A DNA stretch of 40,000 bases, from sequence record MT774385.1; one strand, 5' to 3'. Source of the DNA: an uncultured phage cr108_1. The notes under the pieces are model-generated. The model had not been told where the DNA came from. It saw only the letters and a list, made by a program, of their open reading frames with translations, and searched no databases. The translations under genes and the position numbers were made by a program. This document shows positions 15,089-24,753 of this stretch, in pieces (position 1 is the first letter of the stretch; every line of letters starts with the position of its first letter).

Positions 15089-17366
15089 GTTTCAGACTCC
15101 CATTACAGATGAATTAAAGAATTCTTTAACTCCAGAAGTTTGGGAGCAATTTTTAGATATTTATTCATCCATTCCTTATATAAAGTGGCTTATGTCTCCA
15201 GAGCGTCCTTATGCTAAGGATTTACCTCGGGATTCTTATGGGAGGATTATTGTTGATTTATGTAAGCCTCATATTCTCACAGATATGGATTATTTTCGTC
15301 CTATGGCACTTCACTATAAGAAGTATGGGTGTTTTACAAATCTTTTACCGAATCCGAATCCTCAGTCTGACTTTGGTAAGCTTCTTTCTAGGGAAATAGA
15401 TAGATGTTTTAATGGATTAGTTCGTCCAGAAGATGGTGAATGGATTCCTGGGGAAATGTATTTTTATTTAAATTATTTCCCTATGGTTCAAACCAAGATA
15501 CGTAAGGGATCTAAGATTGGAGATCGTGTTGTAGACTTTCCTGAAGTCTGGGAAGGTATTTATTTAAGGTTTCATTATCTTTACCAAGCTCGTAATGGTG
15601 GGATGTACGATAATTTCCATGGTGGAAAACATGCTGTAGAAATTGCTGCTCGTGGTAAGGGAAAGTCTTATAGTATTGCTTCTATTCTTTGTAAAATGTT
15701 TTTACTGGGAGAAACATATACGGTTTGTGAGAAAGTAAGTTGTATTGTAGCTGCATCACAAAAAGAATTCCTTATTAAGGATGGCACTTTAAATAAGTTT
15801 GTAGATGGTATAGACTTTTGTAATACCTATACTCAGTTTCCACGAGGTCGAATAAAGAATAGTTTATCTGATATGCAGTGGACTGCAGGCTATATAGATC
15901 GTGAAACTGGTATTCCCAAGGGTTCTCAAAATGAAGTTCTAGGGCTTGCTGTTAAGGACGATGTTAATAAATCCCGTGGTAAGCGTGCTATTAGGTTATT
16001 TTATGAGGAGTTCGGTGCTTTCAATAAATTCTTGGATGTATGGCAAACGTCTTTACCTAATGTTCAGGAAGGCAATATTGCTTTTGGTATGGCTTATGCT
16101 ATTGGGACTGGTGGATCTGAAGGTTCTGAGTTTACTGGTGCATTAGAGATGATTAATTATCCAGATGGTTATAATGTTTATTCTCTGCCTAACATTTACG
16201 ATAAGGGTAATGCTATTGCCAAGCGCACTATTTACTTCTTTCCTAGTTATATGAATGCTAAGGGATTCTATAATAAAGATGGTGTTTCAGATGTTGTTGG
16301 TGCTATTATTGAAGAACTACAAGTAAGGTATAAATTGAAGTATAACTCTTCAGATCCTCTTCAGCTTACACGTCGTAAAGCGGAGTATGCCTTTACTATT
16401 ATCGATGCTATTATGCGTCGGGATAGTAATATTTTCCCCTCGGATATGCTTAATGATCGTATTCTAGAATTAGATCAGAATCCTAAGAGTCTAGATGATA
16501 TGTGGGTCGGAAGGCTTATTCAAACTAGAGAAGGAAAAGTAGAGTTTACTCCTGATGCAGATATTAAGCCTATTCTAGATTATCCTCATAAAGACAATAA
16601 GATTGAGGGAGCTATACACATTAATAAGATGCCTGTTAAGGGTTCTGATGGAAAAGTACCATGGGGACGTTATATTTCGGGCGCCGATGTTTATGACGAT
16701 GACGTTTCAGATACTATGTCTTTGGGATCAATATATGTCTTAGATTTATTTACTGACGAATTAGTTTGTGAATATACAGGACGTCCTATGTTTGCAGATG
16801 ACTTTTATGAAACATGTCGTAGAATATGCTTATTTTACAATGCTGAACTGCTATATGAGAATAATAAGAAAGGCTTATTCACTTATTTTGCAAAAACTAA
16901 TAGTCTATATTTGCTCTCTGAAGTACCAGAGTTTTTAAAAGACAAGGAGATTGTTAAAGGTAATTTCTTTGGTAATAAAGCTCGTGGTGTAAATGCAACT
17001 CAGCCTGTTCAAACGTATGGTAGAAAATGTATTCGTGATTGGCTTCTTAAGCCATTTAAGATCATAACTAAAGTTACAGTAGATAATCATGAAGAAGAAG
17101 TGGAGGTTACTATAAATAACATTAACAGATGCTACTATAGGGCTCTTATGAAAGAGCTATCTATGTGGAATCCTGATAGTAACTTTGACCGTTACGATGC
17201 ATTATTAATGCTTATGTTGTTACGAGAGCAGAAATTAATGCTTTGTGGCAATCAATCACCTTCTGAAGTTATTAGTATGGATCAATCAGATTATCTAGGA
17301 AATGATGAATTCTTTCTTAGAAACTATGATTATAAGTTTGGGAAGATTCCTCTTAAGGATAATTAG
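15063..17366 (+). CDS. terL: terminase large subunit (TerL)
   Basis: 767 aa; Walker A-like EIAARGKGKSYSIAS, Walker B-like RAIRLFYEEFGAF, nuclease-region-like YISGADVYDDD. Confidence 0.92.
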   Translation: METLIATNEFQTPITDELKNSLTPEVWEQFLDIYSSIPYIKWLMSPERPYAKDLPRDSYGRIIVDLCKPHILTDMDYFRPMALHYKKYGCFTNLLPNPNPQSDFGKLLSREIDRCFNGLVRPEDGEWIPGEMYFYLNYFPMVQTKIRKGSKIGDRVVDFPEVWEGIYLRFHYLYQARNGGMYDNFHGGKHAVEIAARGKGKSYSIASILCKMFLLGETYTVCEKVSCIVAASQKEFLIKDGTLNKFVDGIDFCNTYTQFPRGRIKNSLSDMQWTAGYIDRETGIPKGSQNEVLGLAVKDDVNKSRGKRAIRLFYEEFGAFNKFLDVWQTSLPNVQEGNIAFGMAYAIGTGGSEGSEFTGALEMINYPDGYNVYSLPNIYDKGNAIAKRTIYFFPSYMNAKGFYNKDGVSDVVGAIIEELQVRYKLKYNSSDPLQLTRRKAEYAFTIIDAIMRRDSNIFPSDMLNDRILELDQNPKSLDDMWVGRLIQTREGKVEFTPDADIKPILDYPHKDNKIEGAIHINKMPVKGSDGKVPWGRYISGADVYDDDVSDTMSLGSIYVLDLFTDELVCEYTGRPMFADDFYETCRRICLFYNAELLYENNKKGLFTYFAKTNSLYLLSEVPEFLKDKEIVKGNFFGNKARGVNATQPVQTYGRKCIRDWLLKPFKIITKVTVDNHEEEVEVTINNINRCYYRALMKELSMWNPDSNFDRYDALLMLMLLREQKLMLCGNQSPSEVISMDQSDYLGNDEFFLRNYDYKFGKIPLKDN

Positions 17367-17408
17367 TAGTAGATATTTATGAAAACTATTAGTAAACTTT
17401 TAAACTCC

Positions 17409-17439
17409 TTGGAAATTTGAAGATAATTACTTACCTTTG
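17409..17439 (+). promoter_or_regulatory. possible Bacteroidetes-type promoter upstream of portal
   Basis: TTG (17409-17411), 20-nt spacer, TACCTTTG (17432-17439). Confidence 0.35.
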
Positions 17440-17466
17440 TACAAATTATGTAAATAAGTTAATGCT

Positions 17467-19863
17467 ATGATAGATTTAAAGAACTTGCCCCCGCAAATGC
17501 TTCCTTATAGTAAGAAAACGAAGGAATGGAGAAAACAGCATTGTGATTGGGCCGACCGTCGTACTTACTATTTTGGCAACATGGTAAGAAATTCTCTTCT
17601 GAAGAAGAGAGTTAACTATAACCTCATAAATGGTATTTTAGATATGAGGGATGTAGAGTTAATTCTCAACCCAGATAGTGTGAATGCCTTATATGTGCCA
17701 GAGTCTATACAGCATTTCCCTATTATGAACTCTAAGCTTCATGTTCTTCAAGGAGAGGAAGCGAAGCGAAGATTTGAATTTAAGGTTATTGTAACTAACC
17801 CCAGCTCTATCTCTGAGATTGAGAATAGTAAGCTTTCAATGCTTCAAGAGCAAGTTCAGTCTATGATTGAAGACGAGAATCTTTCTGAAGAAGAGTTTGA
17901 TAAGGAGCTTGACAAGCTCTCTTACTACTTTGATTATCAGTGGCAAGACATGATTGAAATGCGTGCTAGCACTGTTTTGAATCATTATATGAAAGAGCTT
18001 AATATTCCTAAGGTCTTTAATGATGGCTTCATGGATGCTATGATATGTGGAGAAGAGATTTATCAGTGTGATATTGTTGGTGGAGAGCCTACCTTTGAAA
18101 GACTTAACCCCTTAAAAGTCCATATTTTCAAGAATGGATTCTCCAATAAAGTTGAAGATGCAGACCTTATAATTCTCATAGATTTCTGGAGTCCTGGAAG
18201 GATTCTAGACACCTACTTTGATGTACTTACTAAGAAAGATGTAGATAGCATAGATAGGCTAGCTAGTACTTTTAGTAGTGATTCAATGTATAATATTGAT
18301 GAAAGAAATGCTTTTATCAATACTGCAGAGATTGATGGTACAGATATTTCAGGTGGCACTGTCGTAGAGAACTTTTTACTGATGGGTCAGTCAGGATTCT
18401 CAGCTACGAGTAACTATTATGATCTCCAAGGAAACATTCGAGTATTACGTCTTTACTGGAAGAGTAAGCGTAAGATTAAGAAGGTTAAGTCTTATGATCC
18501 TGAGACTGGGGAAGAGATATTTGATTTCTACCCCGAGACTTATATCATAGATAAAACCCTTGGTGAAGAAGAAGAGGTTTTTTGGATAAATGAAGCTTGG
18601 GAAGGTACTAAGATAGGTCCTGATATTTATGTCAATATGAGACCTCGTATAGTACAGTATAACAGGCTTTCTAATCCTTCTAGATGTCACTTTGGTATTG
18701 TAGGTTCAATGTATAACCTCAACGATTCTAGGCCCTTCTCTCTTGTAGACATGATGAAGCCCTATGCTTACTTCTACGATATTATCTATGATAGACTTAA
18801 TAAAGCTATTGCTGCTAACTGGGGTAAGATTCTTAAGCTTGACCTAGCAATGGTTCCCAAGGGATGGGAGATTGATAAATGGCTGTACTATGCTAAGATC
18901 AATCATGTAGCAGTTACTGATAGCTTTAAAGAGGGAAATGGTGGTGCTGCCCAGGGTAAAATTGCAGGCGCTCTTAACAATCAATCCAATGGTGTTATAG
19001 ATGCTGAACAAGGCAATTATATCCAGGAGCATATTAATCTTCTTGAGTTTATCAAGAATGAGATGGGAGAAGTTGCTGGTATTACACGCCAGCGTGAAGG
19101 TCAGATTAGTAATAGGGAGACTGTAGGAGGTGTTGAGAGATCAAATCTTCAGTCTTCACATATTACTGAATGGCTCTTTACTATGCATGACGATGTTAAG
19201 AAGAGAGCTCTTGAGTGTTTCTTAGAGACTACTAAGATAGCTATGAGAGGGAGGAATAAAAAGTTTCAATATATTACCTCTGATGGTGCTATTAAGTCTT
19301 TAGAAATTGATGGTGATACATTTGCAGATAGTGACTATGGTATTGTCGTAGATGCTTCTCCGGAGACTCAGAATCTTGCATCTAAGTTAGATGCTTTAGC
19401 ACAGGCTGCTCTTCAAAATCAGACTCTCTCCTTCTCTTCTATTATGAAGATTTATACATCCTCGTCACTCTCTGAGATTCGTAGAACTATTGAGAAGGAT
19501 GAGCAAGCTATTCAGGAGCGTCAAGCAGAGCAAGCTCAGCAAGAGCAAGAGATGGCTCAGCAGCAGATTCAGGCTCAGATGGAGATGAAACAAGCTGAGA
19601 TGGAATTTGAGGATATGCTTAATCAGCGTGATAATGATACTAAGATTCTTATTGAGCATATTAAGCAATCTGGAAATGCAGAGAATGAAGTCCCAGAAGT
19701 TCAAGACAACTCTATGGAACGAGCGAAGTTAGATGAACAGATAAGGCAGTTTAATGAAAGATTAGCTTTTGACAAGTCAAAGTTATCTCAAGAGATGGCT
19801 TTGAAGGAGAAAGATTTAGCTATTAAACGTGCTAAGCCTAAATCATCTAATGTTAGTAAATAA
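17467..19863 (+). CDS. portal protein
   Basis: 798 aa directly after TerL, crAss-like gene order; C-terminal Q/A-rich coiled region. Confidence 0.85.
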   Translation: MIDLKNLPPQMLPYSKKTKEWRKQHCDWADRRTYYFGNMVRNSLLKKRVNYNLINGILDMRDVELILNPDSVNALYVPESIQHFPIMNSKLHVLQGEEAKRRFEFKVIVTNPSSISEIENSKLSMLQEQVQSMIEDENLSEEEFDKELDKLSYYFDYQWQDMIEMRASTVLNHYMKELNIPKVFNDGFMDAMICGEEIYQCDIVGGEPTFERLNPLKVHIFKNGFSNKVEDADLIILIDFWSPGRILDTYFDVLTKKDVDSIDRLASTFSSDSMYNIDERNAFINTAEIDGTDISGGTVVENFLLMGQSGFSATSNYYDLQGNIRVLRLYWKSKRKIKKVKSYDPETGEEIFDFYPETYIIDKTLGEEEEVFWINEAWEGTKIGPDIYVNMRPRIVQYNRLSNPSRCHFGIVGSMYNLNDSRPFSLVDMMKPYAYFYDIIYDRLNKAIAANWGKILKLDLAMVPKGWEIDKWLYYAKINHVAVTDSFKEGNGGAAQGKIAGALNNQSNGVIDAEQGNYIQEHINLLEFIKNEMGEVAGITRQREGQISNRETVGGVERSNLQSSHITEWLFTMHDDVKKRALECFLETTKIAMRGRNKKFQYITSDGAIKSLEIDGDTFADSDYGIVVDASPETQNLASKLDALAQAALQNQTLSFSSIMKIYTSSSLSEIRRTIEKDEQAIQERQAEQAQQEQEMAQQQIQAQMEMKQAEMEFEDMLNQRDNDTKILIEHIKQSGNAENEVPEVQDNSMERAKLDEQIRQFNERLAFDKSKLSQEMALKEKDLAIKRAKPKSSNVSK

Positions 19864-19869
19864 AGTTAG

Positions 19870-19897
19870 GGGAGGAGGCAAATACTCCTCCCTTTAT
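19870..19897 (+). terminator. rho-independent terminator
   Basis: GGGAGGAG-GCAAATA-CTCCTCCC then TTTATTATTAT. Confidence 0.85.
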
Positions 19898-19917
19898 TAT
19901 TATAATTAATTACAACT

Positions 19918-20427
19918 ATGACTAACGAGAAAATACTTTTACAGCTAGAGAGAGGTTATGATATAATAAATCCTCAGCTAGCGCAAGCATTATCTAATCT
20001 AGAAGATAAGGGAGTTACTGAGGCAGAACTTGAAAAAGCGTTAGAAAGCAAGGCTGATCTTGTAGATGGTAAAGTTCCTGCTGATCAACTTCCCAATGAT
20101 ACAGGATCAAATGCTGTACATTTAGATTTTTCTCTTTTTGGTACTACTGTTTCAGATGACGTAGCAGAAAGCATTAAGACTGCAGAATGTATAATTGTAG
20201 ATAATCAAACAGGGTATAATTTTCCTATCATATATACACTAAGTGATTATACTAATACACGAAGATGGTTTTGCGCATTGCGTAACGTTAATACCATTGC
20301 AACGTTTACTTGTAATTTTGATACTAATTCTTTAACTTCGATAACATTATCAACTGTTTCCGATTTTCTTTTAAACAGTAATTCGTTTATAAATAGCTTG
20401 AAAACAAAGTTAGGGCTTGACGCATAA
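19918..20427 (+). CDS. putative tail-fibre-associated protein
   Basis: 169 aa; 'LESKADLVDGKVPADQLPND' is a common phage fibre linker motif. Confidence 0.65.
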   Translation: MTNEKILLQLERGYDIINPQLAQALSNLEDKGVTEAELEKALESKADLVDGKVPADQLPNDTGSNAVHLDFSLFGTTVSDDVAESIKTAECIIVDNQTGYNFPIIYTLSDYTNTRRWFCALRNVNTIATFTCNFDTNSLTSITLSTVSDFLLNSNSFINSLKTKLGLDA

Positions 20428-20441
20428 AAAATTGATAAGAT

Positions 20442-22559
20442 ATGTATTCGTATAGAACAGGATTAGGGCAAATTTGGGTAGGGGCTAAACTCCCTCCCGA
20501 CCCTAGCAGTAATATTATTTGGTTGAGACCTTCTGATGATCATAAGGTATTATGGGAAATTAGGACCTATAATATCTATAAGGAGAGTTGGGAGGTATTA
20601 ACTAGTGCTGCTCTTACGGCAGATGGTCTCCTAATACTTATTAGGGACTTAGAAAAGCGATGTAAATCTTTAGAAGAACTTAAAGTAGTATTATATGATA
20701 CAATACAGAATCTTACTCCTGAGGAACAGAAAATTGCTCGTCAGAATATAGGGGCTATTTCATTAGAAGACTTACCTCCACAAGTAGAAATTGTGCAAGA
20801 AGTAGGTAGTAGCACTACTGCCGTGATGTCTCAGAATGCCGTTACTGAGGAGCTTCTCCAGAAGGTTGGTGTTGATGCTATTGTAGACACGACTGGTAAT
20901 AGTTCTAATCTTGTCATGTCACAGGCGTCTGTTACGGAGGAGTTGCGTAAGAAGGCTTCTGTGGAGTCTGTTACGGATGGCATATCTGCTCATAATACAT
21001 CGTCTACTTCTCATGCTGATATTCGGAAGTTACTTAACACTTGTGTAGGTCTTCCGGCTTACGATTCATCGTCTTATAAGATTACATTCACGACTCTTGC
21101 TGGTACGTCTGTAGAGATTGACTTGCCTATCGAGCAGCTTGCCTTACGTTATAACGCAGAGACCGAGAGCATTGAGTTTGATAATGCTGATGGAACTACA
21201 ACGAGTATTCCGGTTAGTGCCTTTGTGAAGGAATATGTTGGTTCTATTGGCGATCGGATTCAGATTTCTATAGACGAGAATAATGCCATCCATGCCACGG
21301 TTCTTAAGAATTCCATTGACTGGGATTGTCTTTCCGTTGAGCTTCAGGAGCGTATAAAAGATCATGTCACGTCTGTTGATTTTGCCACGAAGGCGGTTCG
21401 GACGGATATTGAGCAAACTTTGTCTATTGAGGCTCAGAATCAGGCGTTGGAGAACATCGGTGCTGATCTGATGGTTATTGATCTTGTCAATGGTCAGGCT
21501 GTACTTACAGAGGAACAGGAGGCCAGATTGTTGTCGTGTAAAGGAGTTATTTTGCGGGGCACGGTAAATGCGGGCAAGGAGGTACTTACTAAAATATATT
21601 TTAGTGACTATCAAGGAGAAGATCAAGTAAGTTTTTGGGCGGTAAGAAACAACAGATATATTTTACAGTGTATTTACACTAAGTCAACTAAACTATTTCG
21701 TTTTCTCGGATCGTCAAGTTTCATAGATCCTAATGCGGTATCTATAAAAGCGCAGACTCTGAATGCTACTCAACAGGAGCAGGCGTTTGCAAATCTCGGT
21801 TGGAAAGTTCACGTGATATCGAAGTCTGTCATTGGTTCCTCGGATGCAGTTTCGGACGGTGAGAAAGCCACACGTCTTTCGGCCACCGCCTTATTGGTGC
21901 AGGAGACAGGCTTACTCTATAATTTTTCTATCTCGTCGGGTGGTAGCCGTCGTTTTTACGGACAGTTCAGCAACAGTTTCTGTACGGCTTTGAATGTCAA
22001 CGAGGCGACCGGGGTTATTACTTCAAATTTCGCATACTTATACGATCCGAGTGCGGTTTCTTTTGATCGTAATCAGAGTAGTGTTTCTGATGATAATAAG
22101 AATAAAGCCTTGGGCAACATAGGTATTGATCTTGTTAGAATTCCGTACTCTCTTTTGGGTACCACGCTGTCGGACAAGATGTTTGCAGTTGTTGATAATG
22201 CCCGAGGTATTATTTTAGTTGACACCCCGTCTAATTACGAAAATCCGACGGTTTTCATTAAAGGTTTTAATGGATCTTTGGCTTGTGCATTCCTAGGCTT
22301 TGTTAAGGAAACTACGTGTTGTATATTCACACTTAACAAGCCTAACAAATTCTTGTCGGTTATAAGTTCTAGTTTTACTTATAAAGGTTCGGTAAGATAC
22401 GCCGAGGCTCAGAGTCTAACTGATACCCAAAAGCAACAAGCAAGGTCTAATATTGATGCTGTAGGATCCAGTGGAATTAAGGGGGTAGAGATAGTATATA
22501 GTACTGCTCCTATGCAACAGGACAATATACTCTATATAGAGTTAGAAGAAACTACATAG
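20442..22559 (+). CDS. putative tail fibre / receptor-binding protein
   Basis: 705 aa; repeated 'MSQNAVTEEL' and 'LT.EQ+.AR.NIGA' fibre motifs. Confidence 0.8.
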   Translation: MYSYRTGLGQIWVGAKLPPDPSSNIIWLRPSDDHKVLWEIRTYNIYKESWEVLTSAALTADGLLILIRDLEKRCKSLEELKVVLYDTIQNLTPEEQKIARQNIGAISLEDLPPQVEIVQEVGSSTTAVMSQNAVTEELLQKVGVDAIVDTTGNSSNLVMSQASVTEELRKKASVESVTDGISAHNTSSTSHADIRKLLNTCVGLPAYDSSSYKITFTTLAGTSVEIDLPIEQLALRYNAETESIEFDNADGTTTSIPVSAFVKEYVGSIGDRIQISIDENNAIHATVLKNSIDWDCLSVELQERIKDHVTSVDFATKAVRTDIEQTLSIEAQNQALENIGADLMVIDLVNGQAVLTEEQEARLLSCKGVILRGTVNAGKEVLTKIYFSDYQGEDQVSFWAVRNNRYILQCIYTKSTKLFRFLGSSSFIDPNAVSIKAQTLNATQQEQAFANLGWKVHVISKSVIGSSDAVSDGEKATRLSATALLVQETGLLYNFSISSGGSRRFYGQFSNSFCTALNVNEATGVITSNFAYLYDPSAVSFDRNQSSVSDDNKNKALGNIGIDLVRIPYSLLGTTLSDKMFAVVDNARGIILVDTPSNYENPTVFIKGFNGSLACAFLGFVKETTCCIFTLNKPNKFLSVISSSFTYKGSVRYAEAQSLTDTQKQQARSNIDAVGSSGIKGVEIVYSTAPMQQDNILYIELEETT

Positions 22560-22561
22560 TT

Positions 22562-22843
22562 ATGAGTTACAGAATAAAGACTATTACCTTAAATGGGAAA
22601 GTATTAGCTGCAGACGATAATACTCTTATTAAGAGAGTTGTCTATAATGGGACAGTAATATGGTCTTATAATCCCACGTCCTCCAATCTGGTAATTGCTA
22701 CTTACGGAGATGGAACATATAGTCTTTATGATGAGACTAAGGCGGGCCATCTTTCTGAATCTACTTCAGGTGGATATACAAGTACTATTAAGAAAATAGT
22801 CTATAATGGTGAACAAATCTGGCCTGTTACTAGCAGTATTTAA
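22562..22843 (+). CDS. small fibre-associated protein with duplicated motif
   Basis: 93 aa; LIKRVVYNGTVIWSYN and TIKKIVYNGEQIWPVT. Confidence 0.7.
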   Translation: MSYRIKTITLNGKVLAADDNTLIKRVVYNGTVIWSYNPTSSNLVIATYGDGTYSLYDETKAGHLSESTSGGYTSTIKKIVYNGEQIWPVTSSI

Positions 22844-22958
22844 ATACTAAAAGATCATGTTTATTTTAGTTCCTATATTGATTATATCCACGTATGATGA
22901 GGAGTCCAGTATACACTCGGATAATAAAACTAGGTTCAAACAATAATTAATCTTAAAT

Positions 22959-24719
22959 ATGGCTAATGTTTTTAAAGATATTTCACAGTTTACATTAAAG
23001 TCTGCAGCTACTGGTTCTGAAGAATTCCAAGTTTCTGCTACAGAGAAGGTTACAGCGCAGCAGATTGCTAACAAAGTGCAGTTGTCTAACGTCATAATGT
23101 CTGGATTTTCTGCACTGAGGTTCACCGGCATCGAAAAGATAAAAGATAATAATTCTTTGTTAGGGGCTGTGGCCATCTTGTATGACCTTATGGCGAAAGG
23201 AAATATTAAGTTAGTAAGCAACGGCAGTACTGAGTATGGATTAGTGAGTATGGGTAACGTTAATAGTACCAATCATGGGTTTGGATGGTTACTCAGTATT
23301 TCCGAAAAGGCTATATACATTAAGAATGATTTCACCTCGCCAAACCCGAGTACACTAAATAACATACAGTGGGTTAATGCTATTAAGACTGGTGAGAAGG
23401 TGAGTCTCGATGGTGGTATTAAAACAGTTGAAATCACCGACTTTGCAATTCCTGGACTTAATATAACTAAGGATGGGGAGAGTTTCTTATTTTATGCCAA
23501 TGATGCAAGTAACATCCCTAATTCTAATCATGGAGCTACTTCATTTGTAGGTGTAGCCATTGCAAGTCCTATCTTCATAACCGGAGACCAAAGATTGCTG
23601 TATTATATGATGATAGATACAGCAAGGGGTATGTTCTACACGGGGTGTGCAAATCTGGAAGATTACGTTGTAGCTTGGAATGATACTCCAGTTACTCGCT
23701 TAGGACAAGCTGTACAGGTTACTGCCTTTACTGAAGGGGCATTATCATCACTGCTGCATACCTTCAAAGCAGGTGATTTTATACCTTTTTACACAGGAAA
23801 TGTTACAGCTTCTACGGCTAATCAATTCCCTGAGTCAGGAGCATTCAATGGCTTCATCTCCATGGGTAGCAACGAAGGAGATTATTTCCAAATCTTTGCT
23901 TTCAAGTCAGGTTCTCCCAATGCTTACATGGGAGCCTGCATTGGGAGTACTACCCAATGGACTAAAGCAAGTAGGGGACTTAACGTTTATACGATATCTG
24001 AAAGTGAATCTCGGAATCAAAAGATAGATGCTTCACGTGTAGAGGAACTTAAAAAGTCTGAATTAGTATTATTTCCTAATGAGGTAGGCTATACACCGTA
24101 TTTTAAGGTTTCAGTAGATAATAGTAAAGCATATTTTATAACAGGAATTATACCTATTAATTCACAAGACCAACCTGGACTTAATAATGGAGAAGAGCCT
24201 CCTTTTGAGCAACTTCAAACTGTGATGATTGAAGTTGACCTTACTACTTATGATATAACAATACAGCCTTATCCAGTTGTAAAGAAAGAGTGGCTGCAGT
24301 TATCTGCTGGAGGTAGCTCTGCAGTAGAGAAGCTATCCACTTGGTTAGAACAGGGTACTGAAGTTGCTCCTCATATCAACATTAGTTTAGGTGAGGTTCA
24401 AGTACCTCTGAACCGTGCTTTGAAAGAGAGCGATATACTCCGTATAGACTTCATGAGAAGATCTGAGGCATCAACATTTTATATGCAGGGAGTCGCCATT
24501 GTACATGTAGGTGCTGTAGACAATTCCATCCAAGGTTATGCTGCTGCATTAGATGAGCAGTATGTAGATTATGGTACCGGGGAGTTTGCAGCATTAGCCT
24601 TTAATCCCAGCACCAAATTGATAGGGCACAACTACTTCAATCTACACATAGATACGAATGGTAGTGCTCCTCAAGATGACTATTACATTATGGGTGTTTA
24701 CAACATTTCAGGAAAATAG
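22959..24719 (+). CDS. putative tail fibre/appendage protein, pyocin-knob-like segment
   Basis: 586 aa; AYMGACIGSTTQWTKASRGLNVYTI resembles knob repeats; flanked by fibre genes. Confidence 0.7.
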   Translation: MANVFKDISQFTLKSAATGSEEFQVSATEKVTAQQIANKVQLSNVIMSGFSALRFTGIEKIKDNNSLLGAVAILYDLMAKGNIKLVSNGSTEYGLVSMGNVNSTNHGFGWLLSISEKAIYIKNDFTSPNPSTLNNIQWVNAIKTGEKVSLDGGIKTVEITDFAIPGLNITKDGESFLFYANDASNIPNSNHGATSFVGVAIASPIFITGDQRLLYYMMIDTARGMFYTGCANLEDYVVAWNDTPVTRLGQAVQVTAFTEGALSSLLHTFKAGDFIPFYTGNVTASTANQFPESGAFNGFISMGSNEGDYFQIFAFKSGSPNAYMGACIGSTTQWTKASRGLNVYTISESESRNQKIDASRVEELKKSELVLFPNEVGYTPYFKVSVDNSKAYFITGIIPINSQDQPGLNNGEEPPFEQLQTVMIEVDLTTYDITIQPYPVVKKEWLQLSAGGSSAVEKLSTWLEQGTEVAPHINISLGEVQVPLNRALKESDILRIDFMRRSEASTFYMQGVAIVHVGAVDNSIQGYAAALDEQYVDYGTGEFAALAFNPSTKLIGHNYFNLHIDTNGSAPQDDYYIMGVYNISGK

Positions 24720-24753
24720 AGTTAATATCCCCTCCAAAATAGTTATAGATATT

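Noticed and set aside
21144-21626. 160-aa minus-strand ORF inside the fibre gene
   Set aside because: Antisense shadow of a convincing fibre ORF with repeats.
22847-23272. 141-aa minus-strand ORF
   Set aside because: Largely antisense to ORF 22959..24719, which has the better protein character.
24658-24753. N-terminal 32 residues of track ORF 24658..27543
   Set aside because: Overlap the previous gene; the homologous fibre N-terminus supports a start at 24754.
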